Shown here: positions 28,261 through 44,490 of the stretch, piece by piece | Numbering within the stretch: position 1 is the first letter of the stretch | Layout of the letters: each line of letters opens with the position of its first letter | From: the human T2T-CHM13v2.0 reference genome, Homo sapiens | Assembly (NCBI RefSeq): GCF_009914755.1 | Contig: NC_060941.1 | Reading direction: 5' to 3' (one strand) | DNA: 64,000 bases | Program-made: the position numbers and the translations under genes | Notes under the pieces: model-generated | What the model was told of the DNA's origin: nothing | Seen by the model: the letters and a program-made list of their open reading frames with translations, nothing else | The model's database searches: none

Positions 28261-28949
28261 ATCAACAACAAAACACTCTCGCACTTCTCTCTCTGTCTTG
28301 ATCTCTCTTTCTCTCTCTCTTCTCCCTCCCTCTCTCCCTCTCTTTCTGACACACATATCCCACACACATTTCCACATAAAGCTCCCCGCTCAATCCCTTG
28401 AGATTATAAATGCCATCACAGAAATATATCAAGTGCCTCTGACAGCTTCTGGCTTCTGTTGCTCACTTTGTTTTTTTCTTTCTTTTTTTTTCTTTTTTTA
28501 CTTAGAACAAATTGAATCATGCTATTAGGTACCACTTCTTTAATGATTTCATCTATTTGTCACTTCAAAAGGTTTTATTTTTGACCCCAGGCCCTCTGAA
28601 AGCCTGTCAGATATAATCAGCTGTTATTCAATTTGTCTGAATATTGAGGTTCATACCACAACTAGAGAAACTGGTAGTGGAGGCACTTCTGTCTTGGAAT
28701 ATAATCAATGGCTGAAATAACTTTGTCATTAAGAATGAAGATTTCCCCTCACAAGGTAACAGAGGATTTGGAAATCTTTAAAATGTGGAATTTCAATAAT
28801 ATTATTCCCCATCACTCCTACCTACCACTTTACTTCTGTCTCACATCTGTTTACACCTAACACATTAGTGGAATCCCAAAGCATTAGTATCCACATACCA
28901 GATCAGAAATCCAAACCCAGCACTCATTACCACTAGCTGCATATAACAT

Positions 28950-29075
28950 TTTTATAATTATTAAGTTGCCACTCTAGAAGAGAAGAAATGTAATTTGTAT
29001 ACATACAAATGTGTGTGTGTGTGTATAAGACATGCATTTCTTCACTTCTAGAGTGGCAACTTAATACTTATAAAA
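28950..29075. repeat. 41-bp inverted repeat around a (TG)n-containing spacer
   Basis: 28950-28990 matches the reverse complement of 29035-29075 at 39/41 positions. Confidence 0.9.
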
Positions 29076-29855
29076 GATATATGTATATATATATATATAT
29101 ACGTACACACATATTTGTATGATTTTGAATGTAAATTGTTTTGGAGCTATAGAGCGTAATAAATTTACCAATAGTTTGCATAATATTTATGTATTTATGT
29201 TAATATATTTTTAATGATTTTATATATATAGATAGAATGACTGCCTTCACATATGTGTTAAGATACTTTATTGTAAAAGTAATAAAAACATAACTAAAAT
29301 TGCCACACAGAATATAGCATATTCATTGGCTTATGAATCTGAAGGTCTAGAATTCCTCTCAGGCTTCAGGCAAGGACTGACCCAAGAGTTTAGCGGTATT
29401 ACTATCTGCCAGCTTTTACTTCATTGATCATGACTTCATTTTAAGACAGTCTTCCCTCATAATCTCAGTCTATCCTATTCCACTTTCAAATTTATATGCA
29501 TAACACTTTCAACAGTCACCAACCCCTCTCTGTTTAGCCCACCATTGTAACATACCCATTTCTGAACAAATAGATGATTGTGTGTATTGCTTATTGACTT
29601 AGCTTAGGTTACAAACTCCCCCTCTGGAATAAGGTCATTATCATCTTACCCATAATCACAGTGATCTCTAGAGATTGCAACTACTGAAATCAGAAAGATG
29701 CAGAGTGGGAATAAGTAAAACCTATTCTAATAATAAAAGAGTAAATTTTACATGTGCACATAGGTATATTTATTGTCTGGATTCTAATTCCTGATGCAAA
29801 GAATAAAGACAGATTCTCCCATGAGTGAATAAAATAAATTTTTTTTCATGAACTA

Positions 29856-29933
29856 TTAGGTTAAGACACATAAAACTGCCACATGGAGGTGCCAATTGGT
29901 CAAAACGCAGCAACTTCATACTGTTCAACCTAA
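29856..29933. mobile_element. MADE2-like mariner MITE
   Basis: About 80 bp with termini TTAGGTT...AACCTAA and partial internal self-complementarity. Confidence 0.5.
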
Positions 29934-30733
29934 AAGAAGGCCGCCGTAGGGAAAACTGGCCACAGTTGCTTTACCTATACTAAAGACCACGACCATCAGT
30001 ACATGTAATATCCTCCATTGTTTCCCTAGCTTATTTAATATATCTGTGTGGCAATGATCTCATTCGTTTTCCTAAAATTATATGTTTAATTTTTTCAAAA
30101 GTTGCTATAGCAAGATAGAAACCTCCTAAAGCTGAATATCCCTTGAATGCGTCATTGGTATATTTTAGCCTCAAGCTTCACATGAAGGATCATTATCCAT
30201 ACATATATTTTGCAGATGTAAATTATTTGTCTGTGCAGTGGATTGGAGTGTAGGTCCTTTGTATGTATGAAATAGACCCCTTTATTTCTGGGAAAACATT
30301 GTTCTCTTCGTGGGTTTCCTGTGATCACGTGTTGTTGCTATCCACGTGTAGGTCTTCTCTGAACTCCTGTAGGATGATTCGGCCCCAGCTCTGGTTTTGT
30401 TGACTGCTGAATCATGTAAATGGAGCCTTAGTGAAAAATATCTCTATTGAAATGCCTTGTCAGAAATCAATAATAGCTGATCTTTACAGCAAAATACATA
30501 CCAAAAGCTGGTTTTACAAAACATTATGTAAGGATGATTGCTTCTTTATTTTGTATAGACATACTATGTGCACTGAATTGTCAGCTCACTCATCAGGGAC
30601 TTGATGAGTACTTCTGGCATCTTTGGGATAGTTTCATGTAGACAAACCCTTTAAGGGAAAAGCCCCAATAATTATGTTTCTGTTTCTATCAAAGGAAAAC
30701 AAGATAGCCTATACTACAAAATAGGTATAGGTT

Positions 30734-31034
30734 GGCTGGGCGTGGTGGCTCATGCCTTTAATCCCAGCACTTTGGATGGCCGAGGCGGGCAGATCACGAG
30801 GTCAGGAGATCCGAGATCATCCTGGCTAACACAGTGAAACCCCGTCTCTACTAAAAAAATTCAAAAAAATTAGCCGGGCGTGCTGGTGGGTGCCTGTAGT
30901 CCCAGCTCCCCAGGATGCTGAGGCAGAGGAATGGCGTGAACCTGGGAGGCAGAGCTTGCAGGGAGCCGAGATCACACCACTGCACTCCAGCCTGGGCGAC
31001 AGAGCGAGACCCCGTCTCAAAACAAAACAAAAAA
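30734..31034 (+). mobile_element. AluY
   Basis: GAATGGCGTGAACC/GAGCTTGCA diagnostics; TSD AGGTATAGGT at 30723-30732 and 31035-31044. Confidence 0.94.
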
Positions 31035-31311
31035 AGGTATAGGTCATTGTCACTATTGGCAGGGAGCTAGAAATCATGCATGGGAGTGAATTCTAAAGAT
31101 GTTAGACAATGGGCAACAAAATACAAAACTTGCTGAAGCTGAATTCTTTTGCACAAATGCATTCACCCTGAATTCAGGGTGTGATGTTTTGGCTACCACA
31201 ATGAAAAGTGGCATTAATAGTCAGCTAGATTAGCTAACTGAAACCAAGTCTCAGTAATAGCTTATAGTTAATGAAGTCAAAATGTCTGAACTTTTACAGC
31301 ACATTATAAAA

Positions 31312-31798
<487 letters not shown>

Positions 31799-33184
31799 GA
31801 TAAAGCCTACTTTCATAAAGTGAGACACATAGACAAGCAGCATCAACTAGAAGGCTCTACCCTCCTACCCTATATCTACTAAATCAGAAGTTATAATTCT
31901 AACAAGATCTCTAGGTGATTCATGTGCACATTAAAGTTGAGAAGCCCTACTTTAGAGGAGTTTAAAATTTCAGAGTGATGGAAATGTGCAATGAATTTAT
32001 CTTCATGTGTAATCTGAGAAACCAGTTTTTTATCTATACACTTCTAAGATAACCAGAGGACACGCACTTCAGCAAGATTTAACAAGTATATTGGTAAAGG
32101 GGCATCCTGCTCTTCCTTGAAGAGCCCTACAGTCTGTTTTCATTTTTTTTCTCTGTAGATTAGGGATGTCAGTGGGGGATGCTGTAACAGAATGGGCTTC
32201 CTGTTCTCAATAGGAATAAATAAATGATCCTGTGTGTAAAGTGCTCATAGTGACCTAGATGGGATTAATATGTGGGCTCAACAAGATAGCATTACTAAGG
32301 CTAATCTGATTACCTCTGTTGCTGTTACTCAATGTGCCAGTAATAGAACCCAAATCTGAATCCCTAATATGGTATCATTCCTCAGGGAACCAGCTCACTG
32401 ACCAGTGGCATTAAACCCACTTTTACCACGGAGGAGGGTCCTTATATGGATAAATATTATTCAGTATGGATTTGTGTTACTTGTCTGTAGATCTTCTACC
32501 TGAAACAACATTCATATGTTCAGAGAACATCTTTCCAATGCTTTTGATCATTATCTGGTGGACATACCACCTCATTTCCAACAAGGTGATTTATTTTAAC
32601 GTGAAGAATCATAGCAAAGAGCTCACACCACAGACAAATCCAATAATGTTTCTAAAATGCCTACCATTCAGAAGCAGCTAGCACAAGAAGATGGTAGGAT
32701 AGAATTCTTAATTCTTAGATAACTGCTAGTAGAAGATGAACTTCAATGAGGTTTGGTCATTCTCTTACAGTATGTGGCATATGCTTTAAATTAGAGGTCA
32801 CAAAGGCATGCCCTCTCCTGAATAGCTATGCAGGAGATGGCATGACATAACAGAGCCTGGACAACTTGAAGTGAAGATGAAAGTGATCTCTCTTGCTATC
32901 TTACTTAATAATCTGTGAATAATTTTGGCTTTCTTGTCTGTGACCTTCAGTTGGGTGACATTTGAGTTCTAGGACCAGAAGTTGAAAGCTTTGATGATGA
33001 AACTCAGCCATTGTTCTGACTAATTGGAAGCTCAGATTGTCCTCTGGCCATTTTTGGACCCTTCATGCTGATGAACGTTTGAACAGAGAAAAGGCTTTCC
33101 ATACTTATGGGGGATAATTGGCCCTAATGCCTTCTAGCAAATACAATAAGGACAACTGAAGGAAGAGGAACAGATGTAAACATA

Positions 33185-34760
33185 TCTGAGTGTACAGTTC
33201 AGTGATATTAAGTATATTCATATGGTTGTGCAACCTTTACCACCACCTATTTCTAGAACTCTATTTATCTTGCAAAACTAAAACTCTATACCATTCATCA
33301 ATAACTCCTCATTACACCCTCCCCAAGTCGTTGGTAACCACCATTCTACTTTATCAATGATTTTGACTACTTTAAGTACCCCATAAAAGTGTGTTACCAA
33401 AACACCAGGGATTTGGTCTAGGTCCTGCTGTTTGACACACGAACTCAATCACTGAGACGATGAATATTGCCAATGAAGAAGGTTTTAATCAGGTGATACA
33501 GCCAAGGAGATGGGAGCTGTCTCAAATTCATCTCCCTGACTGATGAAAACTAGGGGTTTATATAGTAGGGAAGAAATGCAATAATGTGCAAGAAACAGGA
33601 ATTACAGAGGGACAAGGAAGCAAGAATAATGAATGAGGGATCCTGCATCTCATTGTCTGGATGTGGTTATATGGTGAGTTTCAGTTCTTTGATACTTTGA
33701 GAGGCCTGAAGATCATTTTGTAAATTTCAAACTTGCAGATCAGAAAAGTAAACACCTATGTTTATTTAAAAATATATGGAAGTATTGGGTCATTTTCAAG
33801 TATAATCATGCCATATTTGTCTTTTCATGAGTGGCTTATTTAACTTAGCATACCAGCCTCACTCTTGATCCATGTTGTAGCATGTGTCAGAATTTCCTTC
33901 TTTTTCAAGGCTGAACGATATTCCTTTTGTGTATATACCACATTTTGTTTATTGATTTATCCATGGATGGATGCTTAATTTGCTTCCAAGTTTTAGCTAT
34001 TGTGAATGATGCTGCCAGGAACACGGGTATATAAGTACCTCTTCCAGAGACTGCTTTCAAGTCTTTTGAGTACATACTCAGAAGTAAAATGGCTGAATCA
34101 CATGGTAATACTGTTTTTAATTTTTGAGGAAACATAACGTTTTCCACAGTTTCCATGTGATTTTATTTTAAACTTTCAATTTTTTAATAAAAATTGTATA
34201 TATTTCTTTTGTAAAACATGATGTTTTGATATGCGTATGTATTGTAGAATGGTTAAATCAAGCCAACTAACAAATGTATTACCTCACTTATTTTATTGTA
34301 CAGACAGCACTTAAAATCTACTCTCTTAACAATTTTCAAGTGTACAATACATTGTTATTAACTATAGTTACTAGGATGCAAAATTAATCTCTTGAACTTG
34401 CTTCTTTTGTGTAACTGAAATTTTGGGCTGCACCACTTTGCCTTCCAACCAACAGCGCACTAGTGTTTCAATTTCTCCACATGCTCACCAACACTTGCTA
34501 TTTTTTAGGTTTTTTGTCTAGTAGCCATCCTAATGAACGTGAGGTGGTTTATTATTTTAGTTTTCATTTTCATTTCCCCAATGATTAGTGATGTTCACCA
34601 TCTTTTTGTGTGTTTATTATTTGTATATTTTCTTTGAAAACATATCGATTCAAGTTCTTTACACACTTTTCAATCAGATCATTTGTTTTCTTGTAGGATT
34701 TCAGAAGGTCTTTATATATTCTGCATAACAATGCCTGTTTATAGTGGGAAAAAGTTATGT
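33185..34760 (-). mobile_element. Old L1MB-type 3' end with nested MER57 LTR and an L1MA-type fragment (~34160-34430)
   Basis: TGTACAGTTCAGTG...TTGTGCAACC...; ORF 33905..34156 resembles the ORF2 C-terminus (FTIAKTWKQ...INKMWYIH). Confidence 0.75.
33392..33798 (-). mobile_element. MER57-like solo LTR
   Basis: TGTTACCAAAACACCAGGG..GGTCTAGGTCCTGCTG ... TTTTCA; near-TSD AGTG/AGTA. Confidence 0.75.
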
Positions 34761-34914
34761 TGAGAAAGTAGATAATCACTTTCAGGTGGCTCTCTGATTA
34801 ATATTTGAATAATATTATGTAAAAATAAAACATATTAAAATATCTGCTTATTATTATATGAAGTTAAACAATCTTCCTCTTTCTTAAATACACTGTGTGT
34901 AGAAAACCCTAAAG

Positions 34915-35140
34915 CAAACTTGTCCAACCTACGACCAGCAGGCCACATGCAGCCTAGGACAACTTTGAATGTGGCCCAACACAAATTTATAAACTTTCTT
35001 AAAACATTATGAGATTATTTTTTGGGATTTTTTTTGTAGCTCATCAGCTATCGCTAGTGTTAGTGTATTATCTGTGTGGCCCAAAACAATTCTTCTTCTT
35101 TCACTGTGGCCTAGGGAAGCCAAAATATTGGGCATCCCTG
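34915..35140. mobile_element. MER30 hAT MITE with perfect 8-bp TSD
   Basis: CCCTAAAG at 34907-34914 and 35141-35148; internal GAATGTGGCCCAACACAAATT...GCTCATCAGCTATCG. Confidence 0.88.
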
Positions 35141-35153
35141 CCCTAAAGATTCT

Positions 35154-35184
<31 letters not shown>

Positions 35185-35190
35185 CACACA
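35154..35190. repeat. (CA)n microsatellite
   Basis: Direct reading. Confidence 0.95.
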
Positions 35191-37141
35191 ACTAATAACT
35201 AAATTCAGCAAAGTAGTAATTACAAAACCAATGCACAAAAATCAGTTGTACTTGTATACCTAACAATTAATAAGCTAAGAAAGACATTAAGAGAATAGTT
35301 CAGTTTACAATAGCATCAAAAAGAATAAAACACATAGGAATTAATTTAACCAAGGAGGTGAAACATTTATGCAATGATTATTAGAAAATATTTTTGAAAG
35401 TAAAGTACTTTGTCAGGCTTTAAAATAGCTTCTTCAATGTGTAAAATGATTTTCATCATCTTACAGACCAAATGAATAAAATGACCTTTAGAAAATATCT
35501 GAAAGAATCTTAATTTAGTTTAGTTTATTTATTTGATTTTTTAAAAAGGGCAAGTACCTGTGCTATTGAAAAGGAATACGACTTAGAAAGTTTACTTCAT
35601 TTGCAGTTAGAGTACATTAAATTAAATTTGTTTGGCTGGATTACCCTCTCAAATGATAAGCCTATCAGAAAACTTTGAACATTTGAGTACTCTTTAGTTA
35701 ATTACATTTGTGGTGCTTTAATTATCAAACTTAAGCTTATTTATTTTTCTACAATAGGCACTGCCATAGAAAAAAATGACAGAATTTAGTCTTAATACTT
35801 GCCCACTTTTACATGAAAAAAGCAAAGTGTGCTTGAGCACGTATGGTTATTAAATATGTCCTCCAATTAATTGTTTCCAGAAGCAAATTGCCTATAGAAA
35901 CAAAACATTTTTCTGTAACAGTTCTAATTCACATGTAGTATAGTCATAACATCCTTCTGTTTTATTATTTTCAATAACTTCTTAAAGAATTTTCCCTTAT
36001 TGTTTACAGAATTGTTAATCTGAATGATTTTATAGGTGAGAAAACAGATTTAACCGTAGGGTTACGGCAACTTAGAATTCTCCTAGAGGTACTGAAAAAC
36101 CACATTTTCTATTGTACAAATTTATCTACGGAATAAAAAGTTTTAAATATCTTATATTAAAAATTAAATCTGAAATCAGAGGAGAAATGGGGGAGGATTA
36201 TGATGTGAGCTTTCCCTCTGCCTAGAATATAGGCAGATCAACCAGAAACTCAAAAAATAAAATAAATGGAGTTGTTGAAATATGTTTGTTGATTCACTAC
36301 TACTAGTTAATTCCACATCCATTTCTTAAACTTATTCTTTACCTTATGTAATTCTGTTTGTTGTCCTACAGTCAATTAGGTGCTTTTGTTTATTTTTTGA
36401 ATATGTGGGTTGTCTTTGCATGGAATATTGCTTGGGTTTTAACTAATATTAAATATGTATAAATGACATAGATAAAATCAAAATCATATTTGACCATAAA
36501 ATGTAAACATTTTCATTCCTGTTATGAACATAGGAAGACTGAAAAACTAAGGCAAAACACTTTAGTTTGTTCTGTGATTAAAGTTCTATTTAACTCATAA
36601 GCTTAACAAACTTACTTCCCTTATCCAAAGTACTATATATGCAATCTTTAATAATTAAACTACTGTGATGTTGATAAATTTAATACAAACTCTTCAAACA
36701 TGTAAAAAGGTAGGCAAGCATACCCAAGAGGATTTTTTTTCTCAAGGCACTTAATCAATTCTTTCAATCTAATCAATCACACTTACAAATTTACTGAATC
36801 GAATTATTTAAAACTGAAATGGTGTTTAAAAGCTTAGTCAAAATTTTTATATTTTAAATCACATATCTAACAACAACTACTTTCTACAGTTGCATTTTCA
36901 CTAAAAAAAGGAATTTCACAAGTTGAAATGAAGTTTTAGTTAAAAAAAAGGGGGGGATCTTCAGCTTGGTAGAGATTTAATTTCTTGGTTAGGGAATTGA
37001 AGAAAAACCCAAAATTTGAGGTTTATAATTGATTCTAATGGAGACACAGGTTAAGAGGTTGAGCTTTTTCATCAAGTAGGGCTTTTTTGGCTTTTATCTT
37101 TTCAAATCAATCTTTCATATACATTTTAAAACTATATTTTT

Positions 37142-37439
<298 letters not shown>

Positions 37440-37588
37440 TCAACAATATTTCTTTCTTTGATTTGAACCCCTGAGATATATTTTTCTAATGAACAGAACT
37501 GCCTGATTAGATTCTATACTCTTTTGTTTTTTGGTGGAGGAGAGTGGGGTATGAAGATTGTTTTTTACCCACTTTAATCATTATGTTG

Positions 37589-37589
<1 letters not shown>

Positions 37590-37626
<37 letters not shown>
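37590..37626. repeat. (CA)n microsatellite
   Basis: Direct reading. Confidence 0.95.
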
Positions 37627-37627
<1 letters not shown>

Positions 37628-38384
37628 GCGTGGTCTGCTTGTACTTTTAATTTTAACTGCAGCAATTTGATGGTCTGAAAATAATAAAATCTTGCAGTAT
37701 TCTGAAGGTATGAACCTTTCCCATTTACACCAGTCTGAGAATTAAATATGGCAATTCCCTGAAAGTCTTTATATTTTATCTCTTAGTCCAGTTAATACCG
37801 TCAGCAAATGCTAATAAGTACTAATAAGCATTTTTGACCTTAGTAATATGATTTTTATTGCTTATTATCTTGTTCATTTTTGCTTTTGGCAGCAAGAAAT
37901 GGCCTTTTATTTCATGAAAAATTATCAATGGTAACTGTGAATAAACTGTTGCCGTCTTTTTGTTTTATGTTTTACACATATATACATAGTCTTTTATTTT
38001 CTTGCTGGTTTTTATGTATATTCTGTGCTTCTTTTATTTCAGTTGTAAAGAAAGTACATTTTACATTTCAAAAAATTTTGTTAATGTTCCCAATTTAATG
38101 AAAAATAATATATAACTCCTTTATATGCTTAAATCTATATAAATTCCTAGTAGCTGTAGGATGAAAAATGTTATTCTTTGGTTAATTGCATGCCTCCACT
38201 TACATTCATTTTTTTTTTCTCATAGAACTCTATATTGCCAATTGTAAAAATCTTGGGAACTTGCTTAAGCTCACAGTTAGTAAGTAGTGTGCGGCCAAGA
38301 TTCTGAACATAGATCTTTTGACATTAAACCCTGTATCAATTACCTGTTATTGTATAACAGTATCATTAAAATTAGATAATTAAA

Positions 38385-38730
38385 AAAACACACATTTATT
38401 ATTTGATAGTTTCTTTGAGTCAGGAGGCCAGACACAGCATAGCCAGGTACTCTGCTTAAGGTTTCACAAGAGTATAATCAAGGAATTGTCAGGGCTACCA
38501 TTTGATCTGAAACATGATTAGGGAAGCATTTGCTTCCAAGCTCAATCAGATTGTTATGTATTCCTTATGGACTCAGAACACAACACAGTTTGTGTTCTCA
38601 TGTTATACAGACACATAGACAAATGTATACAACATAGAATCTCATGTTATGTAACCACATAATCACATACATGGGAAATAGAAACATAGACTTTTCTTTG
38701 GGGTAGAAGCAAGTCACAGATTTTTTGGAC
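38385..38730. mobile_element. MaLR (MLT1-like) LTR remnant
   Basis: ACACATTTATTATTTGATAGTTTCT...GAGTCAGGAG...AGAAGCAAGTCACAG is typical of MLT LTRs. Confidence 0.45.
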
Positions 38731-39479
38731 CATCCTTAATGCCCCCTATCCTCTTTCATGGGTGGCAAGCTCTAATGTCACAGATGACATCTATATCTAT
38801 CTCTGTATCTATGACCTAGGGAAATTGATTCTAGGGTCATGTCGGTAATTATATTATACTCTTCTCCCATATTTTAGAGTCATTTCCATTGTAATCTTTT
38901 GAACTTTTGCGAAAAATGTTATAGGGCATGAAATTCAAAATAGTGAATTTATACGTATTCAGGATTTTTGAGTAACTTTCCCAAGAACTGAAAACAAAAC
39001 TAAAAAGATGTTTATGTTTTTATATTTTAAAAATGTGTATATCCAAGAGAAAAGCAAAATATAGGGAACTAGGGAAAGGAGAACCAAACTGTCAATTAGT
39101 AGAATCAGGCTTTTGTTTTGAATCTGCTTTTATTATCTAGGTTGTCTTGGTTAGGTGATTTTAACTCTTGGGATTGGAAAATGTGGAGATAACAGTCTTA
39201 GATTGACTTTATGTTCCACCTATACATACATAAAAAGGGATGCTAAGTTTCCTCCTAGTTCTAAAATTTTGTGATTCAATTTTTACTTGTATGTGACTTT
39301 TGAACAAAATAAGCATAAATTCTACACCAAAATGTACAATGTACGTGCATTTACTTAGTACTTTATTCACAACATAATAGAATAATAAATATTTAGTAAG
39401 TACCTAAATATTAAGGTATTTCTTTCAGTTTCTAAAGAAAAAGCTAAAGATAGAAGAACAAAACTCCAATTCTGAACGA

Positions 39480-39728
<249 letters not shown>

Positions 39729-41292
39729 CATAATAAATAATTTTAACAATCTTCCTTTGAAAAAGATCTTATATTCCTGTCTTGGCTAAAAGCTAACATT
39801 TCTTATGGCCCTAGAATCAATGAGAGATGGTAGAAGTGGGTCATGAAAAGAATTGATATTAGCTCTGGAGGAAACTGTCCAAATATAGTTAGTGTAAGGC
39901 TATTAGGCAGAAGAGGACTAGAGAAAGTGAGAGGGTCTATGTTCACTAGCCAGAAAGTTCATGGAATTGAGAGATTAAATGTTTTTACCCTTATCATTTT
40001 TCCCATCTCATGTCTCAATGTCTTTTTTCCCCCCAGTGCCGATTTTCAGTGCCTTTTCTTTAGCTTAAGAGGACCAAAAGGGTTGAGAGTTCCAAGTATG
40101 TTGCATCTCTGCAACACTTATAATTATAAAAAGATGGGCTCCTTCAAAGCTGCCCTGATGACATTCTGTTTCTCCATGTGTTCTTACTGCATTTTATACC
40201 TGTTAGTTTTACATTTTCCCTGTATACATTCTCAAGTATATAGAGAATATATACTTGGTTGTCATGAGAAACCAAATGTAATAATTACTACTATTGCTAC
40301 AGTGATTAATTGCTTCAGCCACTTGATCATCCAATACTTTATACTTGCACTCATCCTATGCCACCACAGGTGTCATTTGAGTAATTGTGATGCCACATCT
40401 GGCAAAAATTAGCCACAAGCTATGTGAATCCCCACCTCCACAAAAGGAGTTTATGCATGGATCCTTAATATGCACAGTCCAATCCAAGAATCTCATTTTG
40501 AGGTTTTTTTTTTTCTCAGAGACAACTCAAGCACCAATTACTATAATACTTGGTGTATCAGCAAGAAAATGTCACCCTCAAATTTGGATAAACCAATGTG
40601 TTTTTAGTAAAGGAAAGCTTAAGAGAGGTGTGAGTAGAGTATAGGGTAACTATAAGAGGTAATGTCATACACTGACAAAACAAGGAATACAGAAGAAAAA
40701 TTTCGCCAGAAAAAAACATAATCTAATGGGAAAATGTCATATAACATGAGCCGTATTTAGAAAAGAAGGCAGCCAGCTTGGAGAGAACCTATGCAACACA
40801 TACCTGGCTATTATTTGCCTCTTCCCCTTCATCTTCTCCTTTCTTTGCCCATTTGTGGAAGCCAACTGAATGTCAGATGGCTCAGGAGCCTTCTGATGTA
40901 ATCCATGCATCTCTGAGCAAGTGAAGAGTGGATGTAAAGGGCAAACAGACATATCTGCAGCTTACCTCCTCAAGGCAGTATCTTCTGAATTGGTCTTGTC
41001 AAGAGAATCTCAATCAACAATGGGATATAGATTCAGGAGAAATTGAGAGGAAATTTATGAGTTAAAGCTTAAGTGATTGGCTTAGGAAAACAAGTGCCAT
41101 ATAGGGTGAGGCATAATAACACTGTGGTATTGGACATTATTTAGTTGTGGTTTCCTTTATGTGTTTGTATAAAATCAACTTTTAGTTATATAATTTGCTC
41201 TATAGTATAGGTACTTTGTTTCAATCTCTCTCTTTCCACTATAAGAATTGCATACACATTTTAAAGCTAGTTTAATTTTAAAAAAATTATTA

Positions 41293-41616
<324 letters not shown>

Positions 41617-41691
41617 TTACTAGCTTCTATTGTGAGTAACGAAAGATTATACTTCTGTGTTTAGATCATATTGATAGTATTTGTAACATTA

Positions 41692-42016
<325 letters not shown>

Positions 42017-43446
42017 TTGCATTGCTGCAAAATGAGAAAGCTGCTCCTCTAGCCAGAGTATGGCTAAGGGAAGTACATCATAACTTTTAATCATTGATGT
42101 GTGATTAAAATTTTAAAGCTTTGATAACATTTTAATTAATGATTTAAGATGTTTGGCTAATTTTCATCTCAATTTAGATTCAAGCACTTTGCAAGCCTGT
42201 TTTAATCTCTATGCTTAAAAACCTACATATTAATAAAATCAGCCTTACTACATACAAGCTGTCAACAAACTGTTCTAAACACAGTGGAGGTATGAAGTCA
42301 AGTACCTTTCTAGCTAATGTAGTCAGCCTATACAGTTGTTCAATGGGGCAACACAATCATATCTCCAATTGTTACAGAGATTGAAATGATTATCATCTGA
42401 ACTACTGCACTTGGTAGCAAAGTTTTCTTTCTCAAGAAGGTTTTTGGTAAAATACAGATCTATCAACAGGAGATACCATTACATTTTTTGCATTTACCAA
42501 ATCATTTGCAGAGGGATACACTCAGAATATGATAGTTTCCATGAAAAATAGTGAACCATAAAAACCGAACTAAATGGAATATAGAACAGAAGTATTGGAA
42601 TGCGAGGCAAATGTTAAGAGGAAGAGATATAGGAAAATATATCAACTCATTATTCAAGCTTTATTTACATCACAAAAAGTTTCCATTCACAAATTTTTCA
42701 AATAAAACTGAAAGGTTTCCATGATATTTTAAAAATATACTCTGTATTTTATCTTCACAAGAACTTGGAACAATAGTCTATCCACAATTCCTGATCCAAA
42801 CAAGTGCCCAATCTTCATCTATCTTGCCTCATATTTTCAGTATAAAAAGCCCATTCAATTTTTAGGGAAAAAGACACAACACAATGGCACAATTCCTAAG
42901 GTTCTTATTATATACAACCCTATAGCTAATAATGCACATTTCATTTCCATTTCTAGGTTGAATAATTTTGATGGGCAGAAGTGTTCTAAAGTATGCTTTT
43001 ATAAACCTCATATCACAGTAATCCATTGTTGAAACATGGCTTAATGCATGTTTTAGGATGGGTGAAGGAAGGAGAGAAGGGAAAAAGAAAAGATGAAGAA
43101 AGGAAGAAAAAAAGAAAAAAGAAGGTGAAGGAAAGAGAGAGGAAGAAAGAAAATGAAAATATGAGCATGTTATGAAGAAAACTGAAAATATGTAATTATT
43201 TTTTCTTAATTTTAGCAGGTGTAGAAACTCTTAAGGCTGATGATGAGATAGCTATTTTTGCCATAAATTACATGAATTATATTCATTTTTACATTCTTAT
43301 AATACAGCATTAGAATATGTTGTGTTATACGTAGACTCCTTAGAAGATACACATAAATAAAAGAAAAAAATTAAAAGCTGCTTTCAACTTACTATCATTC
43401 ATGTCCATCTCTGTGTGCATGTATTACACACACACACACATCCCCA

Positions 43447-43638
43447 CAGTAAGAACCCACTAAATATTGTTAAGTTCTGGGAAAATATGACCTTAAGTGA
43501 AATGACGTACAATAGGTCCTTGAATAACATAGTCATTTAGATATAATTATAATATGGAAAAAATGGATTTTGTTATGCATCGTTTTGATTAAAGTCACAG
43601 TTTCCAAGAACCTATTGATGACATTGAGGAGTTTATAC
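43447..43638. mobile_element. TcMar-Tigger-type MITE
   Basis: Imperfect terminal inverted repeats: GTTCTGGGAAAATATGACCTTAAG versus TTAAAGTCACAGTTTCCAAGAAC. Confidence 0.55.
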
Positions 43639-43925
43639 ACACACAAACATACACAAACATGCACACACATACAACACACACACACACAAATGTAGTTATA
43701 CACAATATACTGACTGCCTTATAAGAATTTTTTTTCTATCTTGTAATAATACATGAGTACCACATTTTTCAATGCATTTAATCATGCTGTATCTGAGAAT
43801 GTGACTTAAGTCCCATAATAGAGTATAAATGTTCAATGTATTATTGTAGATAGATAATATGAAACTGTGTGTGGGAGTGGAGTGAGTAATAATTTAAGAA
43901 AAGGCTCTTCCTGAACCAGTTCATC

Positions 43926-44490
43926 TATGGGAGATCAGAATATGGCACCCCAAAATAGGATGGTTTGGCATAAGGATTATTGAGCTGAAGGCAATTAAGA
44001 AGCAGATGAAGAAAAGCTCTCTGCCTCTATTTACCTAAAAGGAAGATATACATTTACAAAGATAAAAAATATCCCACCTCCCCTCTAAACCAGGGAGAAC
44101 AAATGTTATCTACTGAAGAGAACATTAGACTGTTATGGGCCTGGAGATGGCACCAGAGGAATGTACGTTAACAAGCTTTACTTAGACTTTATCTGCCTTT
44201 TCTTTGCCTTGCCTCAAGTTGCTGTCTTTAGAAATTCAAAATCCTTTTCCTTTGTCATGTCACTTCCCTAAAATTTACTGTTCTTTGTTGAACAACGCGT
44301 TATACAGCTGAAATTCAAACTCACCTCCTTGACAGCTACTCATTCCCTTGCTGTCTTCCATGTATATATGAAATACACATGTCAATAAACTTCTCTGGCG
44401 TTTCTCTTGTTAATCTCTCTTTTGGTCCATGGGTCCATTCCAACTAATACTTTACAAGAATTGAGGAAAAAAATATTTTTCCTCTTCCAA
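43926..44490 (+). mobile_element. MER39/MER34-family solo LTR
   Basis: CAGAATATGGCACCCCAAAATA...TTTGGCATAAGGATTATTGAGCTGAAGGCAATT; AATAAACTTC polyA region; 3' TTTTTCCTCTTCC. Confidence 0.72.

Noticed and set aside
30586-30610. Short hairpin ACTCATCA-N6-TGATGAGT (and a similar one at ~38810-38840)
   Set aside because: Stems of about 8 bp are expected by chance in 64 kb.
39843-40412. 189-aa ORF in non-repeat sequence
   Set aside because: No recognisable homology; composition typical of random AT-rich DNA; no supporting splice or promoter context.
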